DNA from: a virus
Lineage: Duplodnaviria; Caudoviricetes
Direction: 5' to 3' (one strand)
Virus record (IMG/VR): IMGVR_UViG_3300033150_001531
Location: 276 to 64,275 of that record
DNA length: 64,000 nt
Both the position numbers and the translations under genes were made by a program. Below are positions 19,094 to 26,499 of the stretch, one piece after another. Each line of letters starts with the position of its first letter. The stretch's first letter is position 1. Under the pieces are notes generated by a model. It did no database searches. It was given only the letters and a program-made list of their open reading frames with translations, and was not told the origin of the DNA.

Positions 19094-19367
19094 AATGATC
19101 CTCATCGACAAAGTTCAGGAAAAAGCCTTGAGGGTATTGTGTGAAACCCTTGAGGAGCGGATTGATCTTGACACCATAGAACGCATTGTCAAGGACGCCG
19201 AAAGTTTAATCGATCGATGTATCGGTTCTGACGGTACATGGATGATCGGTGAACGCGATAAATTGGAAATGGCTGATATGCTCGAAGAATTAGTGGATAT
19301 AAATAAATTACTTACCGGGATTATCGTAAAGGCGGTTAAGCTGGAGGATGAGAAATGGGGGAAATGA
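19086..19367 (+). CDS. hypothetical protein
   Basis: Start reassigned to the ATG at 19086 (GAGGAG upstream). Confidence 0.55.
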   Translation: MNEMILIDKVQEKALRVLCETLEERIDLDTIERIVKDAESLIDRCIGSDGTWMIGERDKLEMADMLEELVDINKLLTGIIVKAVKLEDEKWGK

Positions 19368-19567
19368 CAGTATCTGAAATTATCGAAAAATATTTAAGGG
19401 AAAACGGTTATGATGGTCTTTATGAAACCAACCACGAATGTGCATGTGAAATTGGAGAACTAATACCATGCATGAATTATTGCGGAGATTGTAAACCGGG
19501 ATACAAAGTGCTCGATCCATCCGGTGAATATGATTTTCTGATTGTTGAGAATAAAGATGGAAGGTAG
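19355..19567 (+). CDS. small Cys-rich protein
   Basis: GYDGL...ECACEIGELIPC...CGDCKPGY. Confidence 0.65.
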   Translation: MGEMTVSEIIEKYLRENGYDGLYETNHECACEIGELIPCMNYCGDCKPGYKVLDPSGEYDFLIVENKDGR

Positions 19568-19734
19568 TAGTCTCAAGCGCGATATTGGGTTAATATAATA
19601 TTGCCGATGGAAGAGGCGAATTTATTGCTGAATTATGGTATGATTATGAGAAGGAAAAAACTTTTTGAGAAAAATTGAGAGAGAGATTTAAATACAATTA
19701 GCTTAATAGATAATTTATTATAATATCCGCCCGG

Positions 19735-19754
19735 GGTGGGTGATATCACCCACC
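19735..19754. repeat. perfect 20-bp palindrome GGTGGGTGATATCACCCACC
   Basis: Read directly. Confidence 0.9.
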
Positions 19755-19757
19755 GAA

Positions 19758-19784
19758 GCTAAATAGCTGATTCTAAAGGAGTTA
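19758..19784. promoter_or_regulatory. IHF-like site, copy 2 of the shared 27-bp motif
   Basis: GCTAAATAGCTGATTCTAAAGGAGTTA; reverse strand AATCAGCTATTTA has one mismatch to the IHF consensus. Confidence 0.5.
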
Positions 19785-19790
19785 AATAGC

Positions 19791-19819
19791 TTGACAAGCC
19801 CTCTTGGATGTGTTAGACT
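19791..19819 (+). promoter_or_regulatory. strong sigma70 promoter with extended -10
   Basis: TTGACA-17 bp-TAGACT with TG at -15/-14. Confidence 0.8.
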
Positions 19820-19824
19820 CTTAG

Positions 19825-19930
19825 GATCCACTGGACTACGGATTATTCCTTTCAAGAGTTCGTAAGGAATTAAAGTACAAATTCTTTAATTCCTTGGGCT
19901 GCGTAACACAGCCCATTTAATTTTATTTTT
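19825..19930 (+). ncRNA. candidate structured small RNA or leader upstream of the TnpB-like gene
   Basis: 12-bp stem 19864-75/19884-95, then 6-7-bp GC stem 19895-19915, then a U-rich tract; no ORF. Confidence 0.45.
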
Positions 19931-20020
19931 GAGAGAGAAAGGAATTGATTTTAGAGAGAAGAGAAAAAGAGACGTTAAAACAAGAAAGAAAGAAAAAAGA
20001 AAAAAAGAAAGAACCTCAAA

Positions 20021-21295
20021 TTGAAAACCTCTACCGTCCTCGCAATAAAAACAAAATTAAATTTAACAGAAGAACAAAAATCCCTTTTAGAAGAAGAAGC
20101 ATCTTTTTTCCATAAAACCTTATTGACTACCGCATTAAAAATTCTTCATGATGCGATTAAGAATTCAAGAACTAAAACCAAAACTAAAACTAAAATCAAA
20201 AAAGTTAATCTAAATGGTCTTTTACAAAAAATACGAAGCGAACTTGAGCAAAAAACGTCAAAAATTGATGCAATAGACCTATGCTTGCGCGAAATCCGAT
20301 GCATTTTCTTCGCGTACAAATCAAAACTACGTTATGACCCAAAAACATCACTCCCTAAAAATCTAGACCTAGATTCTTTGCGTGTCACAATAATTCCAAA
20401 TCCCACAATCAGATTGACCCCCGGCGAATCTAAAAATACTTTTAATTTTAAACTAAATTCTAGCTTTACGCTAAAAGACTCAACATATTCTATTTGTTGC
20501 GCTCCAGTTCATACAGAGCAACTGGAAAGACACCAATCAAATATTTCGAATGTTAGCTTTTATCGCGTAAAAACCACGTGGTATGCTGTATTCGCATTAC
20601 ATATACAAACAACAGTACGAAAAGCTCAAAAATATCCTCTAATTTTAATTACATCGAACAGAATTTATTATAAATCCTTAGCCAAAACTATTGCAATGGT
20701 TGTTGCAATAAATAAGTCTGGTGAATTTTTTCTTTTTACAATACCATCGAAACAATATAAGCATTTACTTAGTACAACAAAAAATGCGTGGTTCAAAAAT
20801 GATAAACTAAAAAAGAAAAAACTAATTAAAATCACTTCTTGGTTCATGCATACTACAAGTAGTGTTGTTGTAAAGTTTATCAAACTTGTTTTGAAACATC
20901 AAAATATGCAAGATAGTTCTCCGAGAATTTTAATCGACAATTCCCAAAAATCTTCAAGAACTTTTAATCAAAAATTAAAATACAAACTCTCACTTGCTGG
21001 TTTTTCTTTTAAAGAGATAAAACTTCCACAAAATATACAAGATTATGTTTGTTTTAAGTGTTTCGCAAGACATACAATATATTTTGACAAAAATTTACAC
21101 ATGTACGTTTGTAGAGTTTGTAATGTAAAAATAGATCCTTCATGGTACAAAATTAGGATGTTATTACATTCAGAAAAAGAAGATAGATTTTTAAAGTTGA
21201 GGCGTATCTCTAATGGGGATTCAATAAACCAACTTAAGTTGATGATCAAAACGCAATTTTCACGGTTAAAACAGCGACAGGCTAAAAACTCATGA
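20021..21295 (+). CDS. tnpB: TnpB/Cas12f-like protein with degenerate RuvC (probable nuclease-dead, TldR-like)
   Basis: N-terminal KLNLTEEQKSLL; WED strand YRVKTTWYAVF; FMHTTSSVVV; FNQKLKYKLSLAGF; zinc ribbon CFKC...CRVC; catalytic positions altered. Confidence 0.78.
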   Translation: MKTSTVLAIKTKLNLTEEQKSLLEEEASFFHKTLLTTALKILHDAIKNSRTKTKTKTKIKKVNLNGLLQKIRSELEQKTSKIDAIDLCLREIRCIFFAYKSKLRYDPKTSLPKNLDLDSLRVTIIPNPTIRLTPGESKNTFNFKLNSSFTLKDSTYSICCAPVHTEQLERHQSNISNVSFYRVKTTWYAVFALHIQTTVRKAQKYPLILITSNRIYYKSLAKTIAMVVAINKSGEFFLFTIPSKQYKHLLSTTKNAWFKNDKLKKKKLIKITSWFMHTTSSVVVKFIKLVLKHQNMQDSSPRILIDNSQKSSRTFNQKLKYKLSLAGFSFKEIKLPQNIQDYVCFKCFARHTIYFDKNLHMYVCRVCNVKIDPSWYKIRMLLHSEKEDRFLKLRRISNGDSINQLKLMIKTQFSRLKQRQAKNS

Positions 21296-21612
21296 GCATT
21301 TTAGCAGTTTATAAAGACGAAATAGCAAAACTCCAAAAGAAAAAAGAGAGTAAAGACGTTAAAAAGGTCTTAATTAGGAAATTGCCTCTGAGTTTACACA
21401 CTAAAATTAGGCTTTTAAGTATTCATAGCGGTTATACTATGGAGGATATTATAATTCTTAGTATTGAATTGCTTTTTCAGGATATTTTAAGAAGAGAGGC
21501 CGAGAAAATTTTGAATCTTGAGAATTTAAAGAAGCTGGAGAGGGAGAAAGAAAAGAAGAAAGAGAAAGAAGAGAAGAGGGAAGAAAAAGAAAATGGCCAT
21601 AGACCTAATTGA
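21292..21612 (+). CDS. ribbon-helix-helix (Arc/MetJ-like) DNA-binding protein
   Basis: KKVLIRKLPLSLHTKIRLLSIHSGYTMEDIIILSIE; ATGA overlap with the tnpB-like gene. Confidence 0.65.
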   Translation: MSILAVYKDEIAKLQKKKESKDVKKVLIRKLPLSLHTKIRLLSIHSGYTMEDIIILSIELLFQDILRREAEKILNLENLKKLEREKEKKKEKEEKREEKENGHRPN

Positions 21613-21862
21613 AATCTTTAAATTCAAAACCATCTCAAGCATGGATGATGATGAGTTGAGGGATGTTTTTACAAAAGTTGAAGAATTTAGAAAGGAAAAA
21701 TTCAAGAAAGCCAAAAAACTCAGCACATTAGATAAAATCTTAAAGATTTTAACCGTTGAAAAGAGTCATATTATTGTGCAAAAAATGCAAGAGCAAGAAA
21801 AAGAAAAGAAAGAAGATGAAAAATCATCAAAATCAAAACAAAAACCTGAAAGAATTAACTGA
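21593..21862 (+). CDS. hypothetical protein
   Basis: Co-oriented overlapping ORF. Confidence 0.6.
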   Translation: MAIDLIEIFKFKTISSMDDDELRDVFTKVEEFRKEKFKKAKKLSTLDKILKILTVEKSHIIVQKMQEQEKEKKEDEKSSKSKQKPERIN

Positions 21863-22823
21863 AGATTCATGCTTTGATGGAACATCCTTAGATATATGTT
21901 CTCAATGCCCCCGGAAGTATTACTACGCCCGCGAAGTTGGGATTGTTTCACAAAGCGAAGCAATGCCACTAACATACGGTGCTGCAATGCATGAATTTTT
22001 TGATGAATATTATACTTCAGGAGATGTTAAAGAAGGTTTAAAACGTTTTGTAAGCGCCTGTAAGCGTCAAGGTTCACAAATTCCAGCAAAAATGACTGAA
22101 GAACATCCTTACAGCATAGAATATGGCATTCTTTTATTGCAAGAATATGCATCTTATTACAAAAGAAAAAGAGAAGATGAACAATTCGAAACTGTTTTAG
22201 ATTCTAAAGGAGAACCTTTTGTAGAGATTAGTTTTTCTATCGATGTAGGCGTCGGAATTTATTATGGCCGAATTGATAGGATTGTTCGCTGGAAGGAAGA
22301 CAACAAACTATATATTTGGGAACATAAACATACCAAAAATCCACTAAACTCAATTTATTGGGATAAATTTGCTATAAATAACCAAATTTCAAACTATATT
22401 TTTGCGGCTTCACAAATTTTAAATGAAGAATTTGGTGGAGCAATTATAAATGCCATTAGAATTCATCCTTTCAAAAAAGATTCTAGTAACTTTTACGAGA
22501 AAATTTTTCAACGGAGAATAACAACGAGATCAAAAGAACAGCTTCAAGATCGTGCAATACAAATCCAAACACAAATCGCATTTATTAAACAAGCCAGAAA
22601 AATTGGGATGAGTGCTTTTTATCAAAATGCACCCTCTGGATGTGGTTTTACAAGATGGCGATGCGAATATGAACCTTTGTGTATGACAAACGATGAACAT
22701 GTAAGAAATTCGATTCTTAAAGGTGAGTATAAAGATTTTACATGGCGAGCTTATGACATAACGGAACATTTTGTTGATAATTTCGAGAATACTGAAAAAA
22801 TATATGAATTGAAAGGAACTTAA
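21816..22823 (+). CDS. PD-(D/E)xK exonuclease, Cas4/RecB-like with Cys clamp
   Basis: CPRKYYY, YGAAMHE, GRIDRI...IWEHK, C-terminal CGFTRWRCEYEPLC; start likely 21816. Confidence 0.85.
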   Translation: MKNHQNQNKNLKELTEDSCFDGTSLDICSQCPRKYYYAREVGIVSQSEAMPLTYGAAMHEFFDEYYTSGDVKEGLKRFVSACKRQGSQIPAKMTEEHPYSIEYGILLLQEYASYYKRKREDEQFETVLDSKGEPFVEISFSIDVGVGIYYGRIDRIVRWKEDNKLYIWEHKHTKNPLNSIYWDKFAINNQISNYIFAASQILNEEFGGAIINAIRIHPFKKDSSNFYEKIFQRRITTRSKEQLQDRAIQIQTQIAFIKQARKIGMSAFYQNAPSGCGFTRWRCEYEPLCMTNDEHVRNSILKGEYKDFTWRAYDITEHFVDNFENTEKIYELKGT

Positions 22824-22830
22824 AAACGAC

Positions 22831-23646
22831 ATGAAGCAACTTTATAAAGGAACATTTAAGAAGAAGACCTTTATTCCAAAAGAAGAAAAGTCGATGCCTT
22901 CGAAAATCATTATTTATGGCCATGCTGGAGCAGGAAAAACACACATGCTTCATTTAATTCATGAAGGATTAAAAAAGCTTGGGACTAAAGGTCTATATAT
23001 TATGGATTTCGACGGCACTAGAACGCTCCATAAATTAAAACATGATGGAGATGTTGAACTGTTTGTAGATACTAAAAAAACTAAAGGTGAATCTTTCGAA
23101 AGATGGATGTATAGAATAAATGAATTTGAAAAAGATCATGAAGGTTATGGCGGATTTGCAATCGATAGTTTAACAACTATGCAACATATGATGATGAATT
23201 ATGTTCATAAAATAAATAAAGTGGCAAGACATTTAGATTTTTTATCTAACATGCAGGATTACGGAGTCTTAGTAGATTTATTAGAACAAATGATGCCACA
23301 ATTTACTCATATATCTTCAAAAGCTCTTTTGATTTTAACCGCACATATAAGATCTTTCGAAGATACAACGGAAGGAGGAAAAACATACTGTACGCCTAGT
23401 GTGCGGGGGCGAGTATTACCGAGTTCTTTGGGTTTATATTTTAATGAAGTTTGGCGATTAGATAAAAGTGGTACCGGTGCTGGGCTCAAGAGAAGAGTTC
23501 AAACCGATAAAGATTATAAGTATATCGCCAAAACACAAACTGAAGGCATTAAAATGCCATTCGATACTATTGAACATTGTATTGAGTGTGTATTAAAAGC
23601 TTTTGAGAAGGGAGGAGGTGAGTTGGGAATTAAGATTGAGAATTGA
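22831..23646 (+). CDS. sak4: Sak4-like (AAA_24) ATPase / single-strand annealing protein
   Basis: IIIYGHAGAGKT, MDFDG, AIDSLT, ILTAH. Confidence 0.8.
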   Translation: MKQLYKGTFKKKTFIPKEEKSMPSKIIIYGHAGAGKTHMLHLIHEGLKKLGTKGLYIMDFDGTRTLHKLKHDGDVELFVDTKKTKGESFERWMYRINEFEKDHEGYGGFAIDSLTTMQHMMMNYVHKINKVARHLDFLSNMQDYGVLVDLLEQMMPQFTHISSKALLILTAHIRSFEDTTEGGKTYCTPSVRGRVLPSSLGLYFNEVWRLDKSGTGAGLKRRVQTDKDYKYIAKTQTEGIKMPFDTIEHCIECVLKAFEKGGGELGIKIEN

Positions 23647-23780
23647 ATTAAATTAAAAACTAAATCAAGACTAAAATTAAGACTAAAAACTAAATTAAAC
23701 TAAACCAAAAATCAAAATCAAAATTAAGACTAAAAACTAAAGAAACTAAACCAAAAATCAAAACCAAAGGAATCAAAACA

Positions 23781-24230
23781 ATGGAATTAGAATTTAACAT
23801 CGATTTAACTTCAATAAAAGAATTAAAACCAATTCCCCCGGCAATCGTAATTTTACAGATTGACTCTGTAAAGGCTGGACAATCAAAAGCCGGTAATACA
23901 ATGCTGCATTATGCAACGACAATTCTTGCTCCTGATGATATTTGTGAAAAAGTAGACAAATTTTATTTCAGCTTGACGCTTGTTGATTCTGCACTTTGGC
24001 TTGTAAAACAATTACAACAAGCCTGCGGTGTTGAAATCGTACCCGGAAGTTTTAATGCTGAGGCAGTAGTTGGGTGCCAAGTTGGAGCAAAAGTTGATCT
24101 GCGAATTTCGGAAGAATATGGTATTCGTAATCAAGTTAGTAAATTTTACCGTGTTGAAAAAACCATTCCGGAAGTTAGGGGAGATTGGCCTCCAGAAGAC
24201 GAAGAAGTTGGAGATGAGGAAACAGTATAA
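23781..24230 (+). CDS. DUF669-like single-stranded DNA-binding protein
   Basis: KPIPPA...SKAGNTML OB-fold-type pattern, acidic tail, position after Sak4. Confidence 0.75.
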   Translation: MELEFNIDLTSIKELKPIPPAIVILQIDSVKAGQSKAGNTMLHYATTILAPDDICEKVDKFYFSLTLVDSALWLVKQLQQACGVEIVPGSFNAEAVVGCQVGAKVDLRISEEYGIRNQVSKFYRVEKTIPEVRGDWPPEDEEVGDEETV

Positions 24231-24334
24231 TAATAGAGTGTAGCTAATAATTTCAATTTCAATTTAAATTTAAGGAGAGTTGAGTTTGAATTTGGCTTTA
24301 AATTTAACTCTCCTTAATAAAGGTTTATAAAATA

Positions 24335-24943
24335 ATGAGAGGTACACAACTTTTAAAAACATATTCAAAAAGACTTCTAATTTTAGGAATGAGTGCCCCC
24401 AGCTTACTTGCATTAAAAGACTATGATCGAACTTATTGGACAGAATGTTGGGGATTAAACGAAGCATATTCTTTAATTCCTGACACTTGGTTAGAAGAAT
24501 TAAATATTACACGGTGGTTTGAGGTTCATCGTAGCAACGTTTTAAAGAATAACGAAAGAGTTAAAGATCATGCTAAATTCTTAAACGATTTAAATGTCCC
24601 AATATATACTACAAGAGTACTTCCAGACCTAAAAAATCAAAGAATTATAAACAAAGATGCTATTCTTTTTGAACTTGGTTGGGATTGGTTTCAATCAACA
24701 GTTTCTTGGATGATTGGCTGCGCTCTTTATGAACATAAAGTTTATAGTAACCGTGCTTTTAACGAAATTAGCATTTTCGGGGTTGATATGATCCTTACTG
24801 ACGAATATAAATGTCAACGCCCCGGGCTTGCACATTTATTGGACGTTGCGCGAAAAGAGTATGGTATCCAAATAACTTTACCTGAAAATTGCGGTCTTCT
24901 TACAAGACCCGAACTTTATGGATTTGATCAAGATGAGATTTAA
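24335..24943 (+). CDS. putative glycosyltransferase-like (GT29/MptE-like fold) protein
   Basis: ILG..APS, WGLN, STVSWMIG.A, EISIFGVDM...EY..QRP...LYG. Confidence 0.45.
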   Translation: MRGTQLLKTYSKRLLILGMSAPSLLALKDYDRTYWTECWGLNEAYSLIPDTWLEELNITRWFEVHRSNVLKNNERVKDHAKFLNDLNVPIYTTRVLPDLKNQRIINKDAILFELGWDWFQSTVSWMIGCALYEHKVYSNRAFNEISIFGVDMILTDEYKCQRPGLAHLLDVARKEYGIQITLPENCGLLTRPELYGFDQDEI

Positions 24944-25241
24944 AGATAATAAAAATGGAGATAAAGATAAAAAATCAGATATACTTCTAATGCAAATGCG
25001 AAGAGATATGTTGCTTGATTTTACCGCAGATTTAATATTAGAGTTGGCTACAAGATCTTTGCCCAGTAATATTTTTAGGAGTATGGTTGACGGTTGGGTA
25101 CGGCAAAAAATGCAAGTTCATGATATGAATATTCCACAAATGAATGAAGCTATTTTATATGTTAAGGAGGTTGTTTATAAATTAACTGAAGCAAAAAGTA
25201 GTGGAATTATTATTCCCAAACCTAAAATTGTTAAGAATTAA
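24918..25241 (+). CDS. hypothetical protein
   Basis: Co-oriented ORF. Confidence 0.6.
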   Translation: MDLIKMRFKDNKNGDKDKKSDILLMQMRRDMLLDFTADLILELATRSLPSNIFRSMVDGWVRQKMQVHDMNIPQMNEAILYVKEVVYKLTEAKSSGIIIPKPKIVKN

Positions 25242-25527
25242 AATGTCAATAAAACAGTGTTTCTATGTCAATTTAAGAAGACTTTGGTGTCGCTATTACA
25301 ATCCTTCTTATTATAAAAGAGAAGTCTTAGCTAATTTATGTTGGTGGAGATTCTCAATGAGAAAAGCTAGGATTAGTTTTAGAATTTTGAAGAATCTAAG
25401 CTTATTTATTTTACACACTTTAGGAAAAATAAATCCATTGCAATGTGCTCATAACAAAGGCGGCTGGAGAACTGATTTTTGCGATTATTTAGAGAGAAAA
25501 GCTAATGAAAACATTAAATTTTTCTAA
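25201..25527 (+). CDS. hypothetical protein
   Basis: Co-oriented ORF; start probably the ATG at 25243. Confidence 0.55.
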   Translation: MELLFPNLKLLRIKMSIKQCFYVNLRRLWCRYYNPSYYKREVLANLCWWRFSMRKARISFRILKNLSLFILHTLGKINPLQCAHNKGGWRTDFCDYLERKANENIKFF

Positions 25528-25592
25528 TGGAGACTTGATTCTATTAAAAAATGCGTTAAAGCGTTAAAACATCATAGAAGGAGACAGTTAAA

Positions 25593-25928
25593 ATGATACA
25601 TTGGTTGCGTAATAAAATGACGATAATAATAACTACAATAAAAACTAAAGATCCAGGCGTAATTGGATTTGATAAAAAAGGTGAAGACGGGGTAATTTTA
25701 AAACGACTGCGAGTTCCCGCTCCTATGTTTTTTATAATTTTGCTTTTTATTCTCTTTATCCCTATGGGCCTAAAGATTGCAGGTTTAATTTCAATCTCTT
25801 GGCTTTGGGCTACTGCTACGTTCTGGATGTTGGTAGCGACAATCATAATTATAGTAGGAAGTTTTCTTTTAGCTGTATTTATCACAACGCTAATTATATC
25901 AATGTTGTCTAAATTTTTTAAAGATTAA
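25593..25928 (+). CDS. membrane protein (2-3 TM)
   Basis: Long hydrophobic C-terminal half. Confidence 0.6.
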   Translation: MIHWLRNKMTIIITTIKTKDPGVIGFDKKGEDGVILKRLRVPAPMFFIILLFILFIPMGLKIAGLISISWLWATATFWMLVATIIIIVGSFLLAVFITTLIISMLSKFFKD

Positions 25929-26048
25929 AGATTAAAACTCCGTGAAGAACAAAAAGAAGAAGGCTAAAAAATTATTGGTTGAATGGGATGCATTAGTCGG
26001 AACGCGACATTTATATATTGTTGTTGATGAAAATATAGAGAGGATTAA

Positions 26049-26354
26049 ATGGTCGATACCAAAAATAAAAAAGTATACATTCGTATAAGAGCTGACAATG
26101 ATAATCTTGAACGAGCTTATGTTTGCTATAAAACAAACGCCCCACAATGTTATGATGAACCGAAAACGCTTACTCTTAAGAATTTATCTGATAAATGGCG
26201 TTTAGTTTTAATTCCAATGGTGCTTAAGGATCATCAATTAAAGCTCTATAAAAAATCTCATATTGCAATATCGATTGATCCGAGTGCTGATGGAGGTCTC
26301 ATATTGAACCAAATTCGGTCTTTTGTAAATAAAATTATAAAAATAAGTCCATAA
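26049..26354 (+). CDS. hypothetical protein
   Basis: GAGG SD. Confidence 0.6.
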   Translation: MVDTKNKKVYIRIRADNDNLERAYVCYKTNAPQCYDEPKTLTLKNLSDKWRLVLIPMVLKDHQLKLYKKSHIAISIDPSADGGLILNQIRSFVNKIIKISP

Positions 26355-26381
26355 AATATATCATCCACAAAGAAAAAAATA

Positions 26382-26474
26382 ATGTATACAACAATTCACT
26401 TTTTAGTTTTCACTATACCTTTACTTTTTATAATCCTTTTCTACATTGTGATTGAAACCAGAGACAAAAAATAA
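26382..26474 (+). CDS. 30-aa single-TM microprotein (not in ORF track)
   Basis: MYTTIHFLVFTIPLLFIILFYIVIETRDKK. Confidence 0.45.
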   Translation: MYTTIHFLVFTIPLLFIILFYIVIETRDKK

Positions 26475-26499
26475 ATTAAAGTGACACTCACAAAAGAAA

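Noticed and set aside
20021-21295. Active IS200/IS605 transposon
   Set aside because: No tnpA or serine recombinase, RuvC catalytic residues are altered, and the gene is embedded in an operon with a 4-bp overlap.
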